Source: Candidatus Marinacidobacterium sp.
GTDB lineage: Bacteria > Acidobacteriota > Vicinamibacteria > Marinacidobacterales > Marinacidobacteraceae
Assembly (NCBI GenBank): GCA_965204755.1
Contig: OZ242011.1
Location: forward strand, 2,944,001-3,008,000
Reading direction: 5' to 3'
Length of the DNA: 64,000 bases
The translations under genes were made by a program, and so were the position numbers. The notes under the pieces were generated by a model that ran no database searches, was not told the DNA's origin, and was given only the letters and a program-made list of their open reading frames with translations. Within the stretch, counting starts at the first letter, position 1. Each line of letters starts with the position of its first letter. Below, piece by piece: positions 10,117 through 19,505 of the stretch.

Positions 10117-11157
10117 TCAGCCGCGGACCTGGCGGCCGGTGGAGTCCACCAGGTTGTAGCGGCGGGCGTCGGCGCGCCAGTCCTCGGAGCGGATGAGGGT
10201 GGTGTAGTCGTCGGTCGGGAGGGCCTGGTCGGCGTAGCCGGGCCAGGTGGGGCCGTCGGCTTCGGCGGCGCCGTCGCGGATGTGTTCGAGGCCCCGGCGC
10301 ATGGCGCCGAGGGCGAGGCGGAGCAACTGGCCGGCGTAGAGGACCAGGGGGACGCCGTTTTCGCGAAGGGTGCTCAGCGGGGTGTCGTGGACGCTGGCGA
10401 TCACCGGGCGGCCGGCCGCTTCGGACACTGCGCCGATGCGTTCCGGGGCGAGGCCGGCGAAGAAGAGGAGGTCGGCGCCGGCTTCGCCGTAGGCGGCGCC
10501 CCGTTCCATGGCTTCCGTCTCTTCGAGTCCGATGGAGACGGCGTCGCAGCGCGCCACCAGCATCAGGCCGCCCGAGCGGGCGTCGGCGGCGGCGCGGATG
10601 CGGTCCTGCATCCGGTCCCGCTCGATGAGGACGCCGCCTTCTCCCAGGTGCTTCGCCTGGACATGGTCTTCGATCATCACCGCGGCCAGGCCGCCGCGCT
10701 CGTAGCCGCGAACCGCGCGCGCCACCGCGAGCGGGCTCCCGCCGCCGTCGTCCGCGTCGGCGAACACCGGGACGGGGACGCTTCCGGCGATGCGGGAGGC
10801 GGTGTCGATGAGTTCGGTGATGGACGCGAGGCCGTAGTCGGGGAGTCCGTAGTTCGCTGCGGAACCGGCGCTGCCGCCGTACAGGACGGCCCCGAACCCC
10901 ATCTCGACGATCAGGCGCGCCGAGAGGACATCGAACGCGCCGGGACAGAGGACCGGCGCCCCGGCGGAGAGGAGGGAACGCAGCCGGCCGCCCATGTCGG
11001 AAGCCTCGGCTCCCTCCTGGCCCGCGCCGGAGCAGGCAGCGCCGGCGGTAGCGGCCAGTCCCCCGCCGGCCGAGCCGAGCACGGCGCCTCCGGCGCCGGC
11101 GGAGAGTCGCGTCATCGCCTCGCGGCGTCCGATTCCCGGTTCCGGAACTGTCTTCAT
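10117..11157 (-). CDS. Isocitrate lyase/PEP mutase family protein with Tat-like leader
   Basis: PGAFDVLSARL, GLPDYG, ADADDGGG, IEDH, ARCDA, YGEAGAD. Confidence 0.82.
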   Translation of the reverse strand: MKTVPEPGIGRREAMTRLSAGAGGAVLGSAGGGLAATAGAACSGAGQEGAEASDMGGRLRSLLSAGAPVLCPGAFDVLSARLIVEMGFGAVLYGGSAGSAANYGLPDYGLASITELIDTASRIAGSVPVPVFADADDGGGSPLAVARAVRGYERGGLAAVMIEDHVQAKHLGEGGVLIERDRMQDRIRAAADARSGGLMLVARCDAVSIGLEETEAMERGAAYGEAGADLLFFAGLAPERIGAVSEAAGRPVIASVHDTPLSTLRENGVPLVLYAGQLLRLALGAMRRGLEHIRDGAAEADGPTWPGYADQALPTDDYTTLIRSEDWRADARRYNLVDSTGRQVRG

Positions 11158-11186
11158 CGAGTGTCTCCCGGGGGACTCGCCCCCCG

Positions 11187-12071
11187 TTATCTCGCGCCCG
11201 GTCGGTGATCGAGGGCGCAGCGGAAGCCGATGGTGTGGATCCGCGTGTCGGGACGGGTGAAGTTGCGGTAGAAGACGCTGGCGATCCGTTCGTCGGTATC
11301 GGCCCAACTCCCGCCGCGGAAGACCCGGTAAGGGGCGTCTTCCGGGCCGCGGGGATTCACCGAAGCCGCCACCGCGTACTGGCCGAGGTCGTACCCGTCG
11401 GCGACCCATTCGGCGATGTTGCCCACCATGTCGTGGAGGCCGTAACCGTTCGGGGGGTAGGAGCCGACTGCAGTCGGTCCCCGGGGATGCCGTAGCCTCG
11501 CCGGGGGCGGGCCGCTCTCGCCGGCGCCCTCCCCGGTTCCCGGACGGAAGGTTTCGCCCCAGGGCCACGCCTTCCCAGCGAGACCGCCGCGCGCGGCTTT
11601 CTCCCACTCCGCCTCCGTCGGCAGCCGTTTGCCGCGGAAGTCGCAATACGCAGCCGCTTCGTCCCAAGTCAGGTTGTACGCCGGAAGGTCGGCGCGGTCG
11701 GCCGGGAAACCCTGCCGCCAGTGGAACGGCTCCGCGGCGCCGGTGCTCTCCGCGTACACGAGGTAAGCCCCCTGGGTCACTTCCGTCCGGTCCATCCAGA
11801 AGCCGGGCAGCGTCACGCGGTGCGCCGGGCGGTCGTCCACCCGGTCGCGCGCCTGCCAGCCGATCTCGTCTATGAGCCACAGCCTCGTGCGTCCCATCCA
11901 GAAGTCGCCCGGCGGGATCCAGCAGATGTCCTCCGCGCGGTCGTCGGTGCAATGGGCGGAGACCGCGCCGCCCTCGTCCCCGGCGCCTCCCGATACGGCG
12001 GCGCCGGAGAGCAGCAGGAGCGCCGCGGCCCGGACGCCGACTCTCAGGCGAGCCGGCGGCCGCCTACGCAA
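11187..12071 (-). CDS. Formylglycine-generating enzyme (SUMF1/FGE-sulfatase) family protein
   Basis: RLPTEAEWEKAARGG, PNGYGLHDMVGN, RGGSW, GFRC. Confidence 0.9.
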   Translation of the reverse strand: MRRRPPARLRVGVRAAALLLLSGAAVSGGAGDEGGAVSAHCTDDRAEDICWIPPGDFWMGRTRLWLIDEIGWQARDRVDDRPAHRVTLPGFWMDRTEVTQGAYLVYAESTGAAEPFHWRQGFPADRADLPAYNLTWDEAAAYCDFRGKRLPTEAEWEKAARGGLAGKAWPWGETFRPGTGEGAGESGPPPARLRHPRGPTAVGSYPPNGYGLHDMVGNIAEWVADGYDLGQYAVAASVNPRGPEDAPYRVFRGGSWADTDERIASVFYRNFTRPDTRIHTIGFRCALDHRPGAR

Positions 12072-13476
12072 AGATCTCGCCGATCTCGTCGTCGAACATC
12101 ATCTCGGAACCGCCGAGCGATACCGAGTCCACATACAGGTACTCCCGGCCGGACGGAGTGTTCGACACGGACTTCCGCCAATCGATGCCCAGGGCGGAGT
12201 AGATGGTCGCCACCGTGTTGTCCATGAACGGTTGGCCGGCGTGTTTCCAGCCCGGATCCACGACTTCCGAGCCGTCCTCGTTGGTGCGTCCGACGACCCG
12301 GCCGCCCGCAACGCCGGCCCCGGCGAAGAGCGAGGTGTAGGCGAAGCGGTAGTGGTCGCGGCCCATCACCGGGTTCATCTCCGGAGTGCGGCCGAATTCG
12401 CTGGCGACCACGATCAGCGTCTCGTCCAGCAGGGTCTTGCCCGGTTCGCCGCCGGGGCGGGCGGCGAGATCGTCGAGCAGCGAGGTGAAACCCCGATCCA
12501 ACCGGGGGCAGGTGGTGTAGTGGTTCCACTCCCGCGACCGGTCGAAGATGCCGGCGTGGTGATCCCATCGGTCGCCGTCGTAGATGTAGATGAACCGCGT
12601 GCCGGCGTCGGCTTCGATCAGGTTGCGCGCGAGGATGCAGCCGAGGCCGAACTCGTCCTCGCCGTAACGCTCGCGGTCGGCGCCGCTGGCCTGGAACAAC
12701 CGCGGCCAGCGCGGGTCGGTGAGCAGCCCGTACGCCGTCCGGTAGTAGTCGCGGTAGTCGTTCGCCTGCCGCCCGAGCGAGGCCCGTTCCGCGGCCGAAA
12801 CCTCCGCGAGGCGTTCGAGCAGCCGGAAGCGCTCCTCGAGCAGCCGGCGTCCGCCTTCGACATTGCCGCCGAAGGACTCGAACACCGTCGTCGGGTCGAG
12901 ATCGAGGCCGGAGAACCGGGTGGGCAGGAATCCGGCGCCGATGGAGCCGGCGCGCGCCCGCGTGAGATAGGTGCTCACATAGGTCGGGAACCGATCCGTT
13001 TCGCGCCGTTCCCCGTCGAGTTCGGCGGCGATGACGCTGCCGAAGGCGGGGATCTCGCGGGCCAGCGCCACATTCAGCGCCCGTCCGGTCTGGGTGTGGT
13101 ACTGCCCGTTGAAGTGGATGAGTTCCGGGGCGCGCATCGAGCGCACCAGCGCCACGCGGTCCATCCGCGACACCAAGTTCGGGAAGAGCGTTCGGGACAG
13201 CGAGACTTCGTCCCCGAGTTGGACCATGTCGAGGTCCGGCGGGGTCCACCGGGTCTGCTTGAAGTCCCAGGTGTCCATCGGGCTGATGGCGCCGCCCATC
13301 TCGATGAAGATGCAGTAGCGCGCGGCGCCGCGCGGGTTCGCCTTTCCCTCGGCCCGCGCGGCGAGCGGCCACACGGCTTGGCCGGCGAAGGAACCGGCGA
13401 GCGCCAGTCCGCCGTACTTCAGGACTTCGCGCCGCGCCGGCAGCAGGTCGGCGATTCGGGGGTCAGGGCTGCACAT
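12064..13476 (-). CDS. DUF1501 family protein
   Basis: RREVLK leader; GGAISPMDTWD-like segment, WDHH, SEFGRTP, GRDH. Confidence 0.88.
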   Translation of the reverse strand: MCSPDPRIADLLPARREVLKYGGLALAGSFAGQAVWPLAARAEGKANPRGAARYCIFIEMGGAISPMDTWDFKQTRWTPPDLDMVQLGDEVSLSRTLFPNLVSRMDRVALVRSMRAPELIHFNGQYHTQTGRALNVALAREIPAFGSVIAAELDGERRETDRFPTYVSTYLTRARAGSIGAGFLPTRFSGLDLDPTTVFESFGGNVEGGRRLLEERFRLLERLAEVSAAERASLGRQANDYRDYYRTAYGLLTDPRWPRLFQASGADRERYGEDEFGLGCILARNLIEADAGTRFIYIYDGDRWDHHAGIFDRSREWNHYTTCPRLDRGFTSLLDDLAARPGGEPGKTLLDETLIVVASEFGRTPEMNPVMGRDHYRFAYTSLFAGAGVAGGRVVGRTNEDGSEVVDPGWKHAGQPFMDNTVATIYSALGIDWRKSVSNTPSGREYLYVDSVSLGGSEMMFDDEIGEIFA

Positions 13477-13479
13477 GGC

Positions 13480-15447
13480 TCAGCGATTCAGCAAGAACTC
13501 CGGGGAGTTCAACAGCGCCCACTGAAGGTCCTCCGCGCCCCGGACGCGGTCGTCCGCGACCCGCTCGGCGCCGAGTTCGGACTCCGCCTCCGAGGGGAAG
13601 CGACCCAGGGTGGCCAGGAAGAGTTCGGTAACGATCTCGTCGGCGCTCGAAGCCGAGGCGGTCAGGTCTTCGACCCGGCCGCCGGCGCCGGCGGAGACGC
13701 GCCGGTTCACCACTCCCGACTGCATCATCAGCAGCGCCTGGAGGATGGAGCCGCGGTTGCCCACCGGCGCGGGCGTCATCCGGTTGCTCTGGAAGAAACT
13801 CTGGAGCAGGGCGTCCACTTCCGTTCCCTCGCCCCGCCCCCGCCGGCCGCCGAGGTCCGAAGGCGTGGTGAGTTCCTTCACCCGCTCCACCGTGATCCCG
13901 GAGAACGCGAACTCGGTCGGGACCGCGGTGGCGCGGGTGAGGGAGTCCACCAGTTCCGGCCCGGTGAGGACGCGCACATAACGGCGCGGGTAGTAACCCG
14001 CCCATTCGTCCCGCCACTCGCCCCCGGAGTGCGGCGACAGTCCGTACGCTTCGGACTTCATGATGGTCTCGACCAAATGCCAGAAACTGAAGCCGCTGTC
14101 GACGAAGTCCCGGGCCAGGGCTTCGAGGAGTTCCGGGTTCACCGGGCGGGAGGGAAGCGGATCCTCTTCGCCGGCCGCGAGCCGGTCGAGCCGCGACGGG
14201 TCGAAGGCGTTGTAAGGCTCGACGAAGGCGACCGTCATGAGTTTGCCCCAGACCAGGTTCACGGTGGCCCGGGCGAACTGCGGGTGTCCGGTGATCATCC
14301 GCGCCAGCGCGTCGCGCGGGTTCTCGCCCGGCGCCGGGGTTTCGCCGGTGAGCAGGAACGCCGGCTCGTAGGCGAGTCCCTCGAGGCGGGGGAACCGGCC
14401 CTCGGACAGCGTGTGGTACGGAGCGTCGTCGCCGGTGTCGTAACCCTTCGCCCGGTCGTCCACCAACAGGTCCACCACCACATTCTTGGAACGGTCGTCC
14501 CAGGTCGTGATGAGCCGGGAGTTGCCGAAGAACGCCGAGTGCCGGTAGAACTCTTCGCGCGTCCGCTCCGAGAGCCAGCGGTTCAGCGGTTCGAGATGGT
14601 TCGCCCCGTCGTGGCAGGAGATGCACGAGGTGTTGATGCCCAGGAAAGCGCGCGAGACATCCACATTGAATTGGTCGATCGCGTCCAGCCGGTTGTGGAT
14701 CGAGTAGTCGTCCGGGCTCATCACGATCCGGCTCTTCGCCTGGTGCGACCGGGCGAGGAAGGCGAGCGAGGGAACGCTGCCGTGCGCCTTGGACACTCCG
14801 GTGAGCAGGTCGCGGACGACTTCGTCGTAGGGCCGGTCGGTGGTCAGCCACTCCTTGATCCAACTCTGGAACGGGTTGCGGACCGGGCCGACCTGGTGCG
14901 CCAGCCGGAACAGGTCGCCGAAGAACCAGGCCCACTGCTCGGCGAACTCCTCGGTACCCACCAGGCGGTCCACCAACCGGTCGCGCTTGTCGGGCGAGCC
15001 GTCGGCGAGGAAGTCGCGGACTTCTTCGGGGGAGGGGATGAGGCCGGTGGCGTCGAGCATCGCCCGGCGGAGGAACTCGGCGTCGGACGCCGGGCCGGCG
15101 TGGGGGATCCCGCGCCGCTCCAACTGGGCCGCGAGCACTTCGTCCACGAGAGTGCGGCGCGGCATCGGCCCCGAAGCGTCCGGGCGCGGTGAGCCGGCCG
15201 CCGGCAGCGTGTCCGCGGCGGCGACCGCCCGGCGGGCCTTCTCCGCGGCGGTTTCGGACTCCGCCGCCGCCCGGTGGGCCGCATCGGCGCGGCGCTCGTC
15301 CTCCTGCCGGGGATCGGCCGTCGGCGCCTGCTCCGCCGGCGCCTGCTCCGCCGGCGGCTGCGCTCCGGCGAACGCCGGCCCGCCGACCGGCAGCGACAGA
15401 ACCAGAACCAGTCCGGCTGCGTAGGAAGGGGCGGGAACTCGCGGCAA
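13480..15447 (-). CDS. DUF1549/DUF1553 (PSCyt2/PSD1) protein; start approximate
   Basis: DAEFLRRAMLDATG, DRPYDEVVR, CISCH, PVNPELLEALA, DLQWALLNSPEF. Confidence 0.85.
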   Translation of the reverse strand: MPRVPAPSYAAGLVLVLSLPVGGPAFAGAQPPAEQAPAEQAPTADPRQEDERRADAAHRAAAESETAAEKARRAVAAADTLPAAGSPRPDASGPMPRRTLVDEVLAAQLERRGIPHAGPASDAEFLRRAMLDATGLIPSPEEVRDFLADGSPDKRDRLVDRLVGTEEFAEQWAWFFGDLFRLAHQVGPVRNPFQSWIKEWLTTDRPYDEVVRDLLTGVSKAHGSVPSLAFLARSHQAKSRIVMSPDDYSIHNRLDAIDQFNVDVSRAFLGINTSCISCHDGANHLEPLNRWLSERTREEFYRHSAFFGNSRLITTWDDRSKNVVVDLLVDDRAKGYDTGDDAPYHTLSEGRFPRLEGLAYEPAFLLTGETPAPGENPRDALARMITGHPQFARATVNLVWGKLMTVAFVEPYNAFDPSRLDRLAAGEEDPLPSRPVNPELLEALARDFVDSGFSFWHLVETIMKSEAYGLSPHSGGEWRDEWAGYYPRRYVRVLTGPELVDSLTRATAVPTEFAFSGITVERVKELTTPSDLGGRRGRGEGTEVDALLQSFFQSNRMTPAPVGNRGSILQALLMMQSGVVNRRVSAGAGGRVEDLTASASSADEIVTELFLATLGRFPSEAESELGAERVADDRVRGAEDLQWALLNSPEFLLNR

Positions 15448-15480
15448 GATCGTTTTCGACTCCGAAGGGCCATAGTAGGG

Positions 15481-18252
15481 ATGCGGGGGAATCCCGGTCA
15501 AGTGCGAGTCGCGGGAGGCGTCCGCTCGCCGAGGGGGGCGCCGGCTGTCGGGCTGGTCGCCGGGTTGGTCTTCGCGGCCGGCGCGATGGGCGCCGCGGCG
15601 GAGGGCGCCGGCGCGCCGCCGCTGAGCGGCCCGCGGGAAGAGCGCCCCGCCTCGAAACCGGACGGGGACTTCGCGCCCTCCGGTCGGGGAGCGGAGGGCG
15701 GGGCGCTTTCTTCGCGGGCTGCCGAGGAGCCGTCGTTCCCGCGCGGGAGCGAAGTGGACCGGTTCATGGAGCGGGTGTTCGAGAACCGCCGGGAGGCCTG
15801 GCGGCGGCTCGGCGACTTCGATGTGACGGAGGTCTTCGCCTGGGAGATGGGGCGGCCCGGCGAGCCTCCGGCGGCCCGCGCCCGGATCGAGTACGAATGG
15901 CGGGTGCGCGGCGGGGTGGCGGTCCGGCGCCCGGTCTCGGTGGACGGCGCGCCCGTGGGCGCCGGCCGCCGGCGAGGCTACGAGCGCGCCTCGCGGCGTC
16001 TCGAAGCCCACCGCCGCCGGGTCCGGGACAGCCGCCCGCGTCCGTCGGGCCGGAAGGAACGGGAAGAGGAGGTTCGAGCGCTCATCGACCGGACTTGGGG
16101 CGGTTCCGTCCGCGCCGGACTGTTGAACGCCGTGGCCGGCGACGCCCTGCTCCTCGGGGACGGAGCCGCCGCGGTGGCGCTGAATGCCGGGCCGATCCTC
16201 GAATCACTGGGCGGCGTCGAGGCCGTCGGGTTCGAGGCTGCGCTCGACCGGACCGGCTCGCTCCTGGAACGGGCCGGCGCCGGGCCGCTGACGGACGGAG
16301 AGGTGGGCCGCGCCCTGCGGCAGCCCCTCGCGGCGCTCGCCGAACGGTTGGACGAGGCAGGCCCGGCCGCGACGGCGCGATACCGGGATCTCGCCGCCCG
16401 GGCGGCGCGGCTGGATCGGTCCGCGCCGGACGACCGGGCTTTCGACCGCGGCCGGGCTTTCGACCCCGACCGGGCCTTCGACCCCCGGGACGGCTTGGCC
16501 GCCGCCCTCGCCGGATCCCTGCTCGACCCCGGCCGCGTGGAGCCGCTCTTCTCGGTGGACCACTACTACTTCAGCGAGTTCACCTTCGAACCCGGCGCCT
16601 TCTACAACGCCGGCCGCGCCGAGGAAGCCGGCCGCCCGGTCCTCGTCATCGAGTACTACCCGGACGCGCCCGCCGCCGACGGCGACGGCCTCCGCGACCT
16701 GCTCTACCGGACGAACCGGCGATCGCGGCACACCTTCCGCGTGGACCCCGACTCGCTCGAGGTCGTCCGCCACACGATGGAGAACCGGGGCGTCCCCGGT
16801 CTCCCGCTGCGCTGGCTCACGCGGATAAAGAGATTCCAGGCGGACCTTTCCCTGGCGCCCGTCCCCGCGCCCGGCGGCGAGGTCTGGATGCCGGCGACCG
16901 TGACTCTCGGCGGGACCGTCGCGACCGCGCTCGGTGACTTCGAAGTGAGTCTCGCCCGCGAGTTCGGGGAGTACCGCCGGCGCCCGGCCCCGGGCGCCGC
17001 CCCGCCGGAAGGAACCGCCCCGGCGACAGCCGCCGCGGGCGGCGCTTCGACCCGCGAGCCGCCGGCGGGCGCCGGGGAGGCCGCCGGCGACGAATCCCGC
17101 CGGCCGGTGGCTTCCGAAGTGCGCGTCCACGGCAACCGGGACCTCTCCGAGGCCGACATCCGCCGGCTCGCCGGGTTGGAGCCGGGAGCGGAACTGCGCC
17201 CCGGGACGGAAGAAGAGGCCGCCGCCCGGCTGCGGGCCACCGGCCGCTTCGAAACCGTGGAGGCGCGCCGGCGCCGCCGGTCGCTCCCGCCCGGCGGCCC
17301 GGAGGAGACGGTGATCCTGCTCGTGGAGGAGCGCGCCCCCGCCGGCGGCGCGACCGGCCTCGCCGCGCTGCCCGTCGTTCGCTACGACGAGGGGTACGGC
17401 GTCACCTACGGCGCCCGGTTGACCCTCCTCGATCCGTTCGGCGAGAACAGCCGGCTCTCCGCGCCCCTCACCCGGGGCGGCGAAGACCGGGCGGCCGTCG
17501 AGTTCGAGGCTCGGCCCCGGACCGGCCCGTTCTCCGCGGTTCGGCTGGCTGCTTCGGCATTTCGCCGGGAGAACCCCCGCTACGGACTGGCCGATCGGCG
17601 TCGAGTGGTGGCCGCGGAAGCCGAGCGCCGGTTCGGCGACCGCTTCCGGCTCTCCGGAGGGGCGGCGTGGAGTCGGGTCCGGTTCGGGGCCGCCGAGGAG
17701 CGCCTCGCCGCCTACCGGGCGGGCCTGGCCCTGGACACCCGCGACAACCCCTCGCTTCCGCGAAACGGGGTGTTCGTCGAGGCCGGCTCGGAGTGGCTGC
17801 GTTGGGGTGGAGGGGCCGGAACGGCCCGCCGACCGTGGGTGGACGCCCGGGGCTTCGTCGGCCTGTTCGGGCCCGCCGTCCTGCGCGCGCGGGCGCAGTA
17901 CCGGGGTTCGGATGCGCCGCTGCCCCGGTTCGCCCGTCCGCTGCTCGGAGGGGCGGGTTCGGTGCGCGGCCACCCGGTCGGCGCCGCCGCCGGAGACCGG
18001 CTCGCGGCCGCGTCCGTCGAGGTCCGCGCCCCGCTCGACGCTCCGTACCACGCGGTGCGCTACGGGGCGCGAATCTTCTTCGAAGCCGGCGCCGTCGCCG
18101 GGGCGGGCGAGCCCTTCCGCGGCGTGGCGATCCACCGGGGTCTCGGCGGCGGTCTGTTCCTCGCCGCCCCGCTGGTGACCGTCGGGCTCGACGCGGCGAG
18201 TGACTTCGAAGGCGGTTTCCGCCTGCACCTCTCGGCGGCGACCCGTTTCTGA
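15481..18252 (+). CDS. Large N-terminal domain fused to POTRA and an Omp85 (BamA/TamA-like) beta-barrel; start approximate
   Basis: EVRVHGN..RLRATGRFETVE (POTRA); DTRDN..PRNG; GGAGSVRGH; C-terminal Phe. Confidence 0.75.
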   Translation: MRGNPGQVRVAGGVRSPRGAPAVGLVAGLVFAAGAMGAAAEGAGAPPLSGPREERPASKPDGDFAPSGRGAEGGALSSRAAEEPSFPRGSEVDRFMERVFENRREAWRRLGDFDVTEVFAWEMGRPGEPPAARARIEYEWRVRGGVAVRRPVSVDGAPVGAGRRRGYERASRRLEAHRRRVRDSRPRPSGRKEREEEVRALIDRTWGGSVRAGLLNAVAGDALLLGDGAAAVALNAGPILESLGGVEAVGFEAALDRTGSLLERAGAGPLTDGEVGRALRQPLAALAERLDEAGPAATARYRDLAARAARLDRSAPDDRAFDRGRAFDPDRAFDPRDGLAAALAGSLLDPGRVEPLFSVDHYYFSEFTFEPGAFYNAGRAEEAGRPVLVIEYYPDAPAADGDGLRDLLYRTNRRSRHTFRVDPDSLEVVRHTMENRGVPGLPLRWLTRIKRFQADLSLAPVPAPGGEVWMPATVTLGGTVATALGDFEVSLAREFGEYRRRPAPGAAPPEGTAPATAAAGGASTREPPAGAGEAAGDESRRPVASEVRVHGNRDLSEADIRRLAGLEPGAELRPGTEEEAAARLRATGRFETVEARRRRRSLPPGGPEETVILLVEERAPAGGATGLAALPVVRYDEGYGVTYGARLTLLDPFGENSRLSAPLTRGGEDRAAVEFEARPRTGPFSAVRLAASAFRRENPRYGLADRRRVVAAEAERRFGDRFRLSGGAAWSRVRFGAAEERLAAYRAGLALDTRDNPSLPRNGVFVEAGSEWLRWGGGAGTARRPWVDARGFVGLFGPAVLRARAQYRGSDAPLPRFARPLLGGAGSVRGHPVGAAAGDRLAAASVEVRAPLDAPYHAVRYGARIFFEAGAVAGAGEPFRGVAIHRGLGGGLFLAAPLVTVGLDAASDFEGGFRLHLSAATRF
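15631..15725 (+). repeat. Palindromic REP-like element, in-frame intragenic copy
   Basis: Arms agcgccccgcc (15641-15651) and ggcggggcgct (15697-15707); similar to the reverse complement of 30440-30530. Confidence 0.7.
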
Positions 18253-18284
18253 ATCGGGGCGGGGGGCTCGCCCCCGTCCCGGAC

Positions 18285-19463
18285 TCAGGCGCGCGCCGAA
18301 GGCGCCGAGGCCGGATTCCCGGAAGCGGCCTCCCCGGAATCGGCGGGCGCCGCCGCGTACTTGCCCAGCCGCAGGCTGCGCCAGGCCCGGGGCAGGAGGG
18401 GGGCGCTGAGCGCGACATTCGCCAGCAGGAAGGTCAGGTGGGCGGCCAGCGCATACGCGAGCAGGCCGGCCTCCCCGCCGGGGGACGCCGACGCAGCCGC
18501 GGAGTGGAAGTAGATCCAGGCGGCCTGGGTGGTGCCGAGGCGGGCGATCCCGATGGGAAGCGCGGCCGCCAGGAAGATGAGGGGCAGGGTGGCGACCAGG
18601 GCGCCGAAGGAGACTTCCACGCCGAAGGCCCGGAGGGCGAAGTGGTGGCCCGCCGCGGCCGCCAGCAGCGCCGGCGCCTTCCACGCGAGCACCGTCAGGT
18701 AGCGCCGGGCGCCCGCCCGCCGGAAGGCGGCCAGGATCCGCCAGCGGGGCGGGCCGACCCGCGCCGCGCCGACGCGGAGCCGCCCCCGGAGGAAGACCGC
18801 GACGAGGCCGAGCCCCGCGGCGGCGATGGCGACGGCCGCCGGCGCCCGTTCCGGAGCGGCGCTGCCGAGCGCCGCGGCGCCCAGGCCGGCCCACAGCAGC
18901 AGGTGGAGCCGCTGGCACAGGTCGAGGAACAGGAGCGTTCCCGCGCATTCCAGATAGCCGGAGTCCGGCCGGCCGCCCGCGGTGAACCGGCGGCCCATCG
19001 CCCCGAGCAGCGCCGCCTGCGACGCGCGCCCGTTCCACAGGCTCACCAGGTAGTCCACCGCCCGCAGCGACAGCACTTCGCGCGCCGGGAGGCGCGGCGG
19101 ATGGAACCAGCCGAGCGTCTGCCGCAGCAGGCCGGTGTCGAGGGCGACATAGACCACGGAAACCGGGAGCACCGCCAGCAGGAACCGGCCGGTGTCCGCC
19201 TCGGCGAACGCCGCCGCCAGGCGCTCCACCGGCACCCGGCGCAGCAGGAGCGCCAGGATGACGGCGGCCCCGACGAACGGCAGCGCCGCGAGGAGGAACC
19301 GCGCCGCTCGCCGGCGCGGGGTCGGGCCGCCGGCCGGCGCCCGGTCGCCGTTCGCGCCGCCGTTCATTCCCCCGTTCGCGCCGCCGTTCATGCCCCCGTT
19401 CGCGCCGCCGTTCACGCCCCCGTTCACGCCGCCGTTCATGCCCCCGTTCATGCCCCGGTTCAT
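18285..19463 (-). CDS. Lysylphosphatidylglycerol synthase TM / flippase-like membrane protein; start uncertain
   Basis: Multiple TM helices; LPIGIARLGTTQAAW resembles the LPG_synthase_TM motif. Confidence 0.7.
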   Translation of the reverse strand: MNRGMNGGMNGGVNGGVNGGANGGMNGGANGGMNGGANGDRAPAGGPTPRRRAARFLLAALPFVGAAVILALLLRRVPVERLAAAFAEADTGRFLLAVLPVSVVYVALDTGLLRQTLGWFHPPRLPAREVLSLRAVDYLVSLWNGRASQAALLGAMGRRFTAGGRPDSGYLECAGTLLFLDLCQRLHLLLWAGLGAAALGSAAPERAPAAVAIAAAGLGLVAVFLRGRLRVGAARVGPPRWRILAAFRRAGARRYLTVLAWKAPALLAAAAGHHFALRAFGVEVSFGALVATLPLIFLAAALPIGIARLGTTQAAWIYFHSAAASASPGGEAGLLAYALAAHLTFLLANVALSAPLLPRAWRSLRLGKYAAAPADSGEAASGNPASAPSARA

Positions 19464-19473
19464 GCCGCCGTTC
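19348..19473. repeat. 12-bp tandem repeat, about 10.5 copies of ccgttcNNNccS
   Basis: Directly visible; encodes (M/V/A)NGG on the minus strand. Confidence 0.9.
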
Positions 19474-19505
19474 CGCTCCGTCCGTCCGCCGGCGCCGCCG
19501 GTGCG

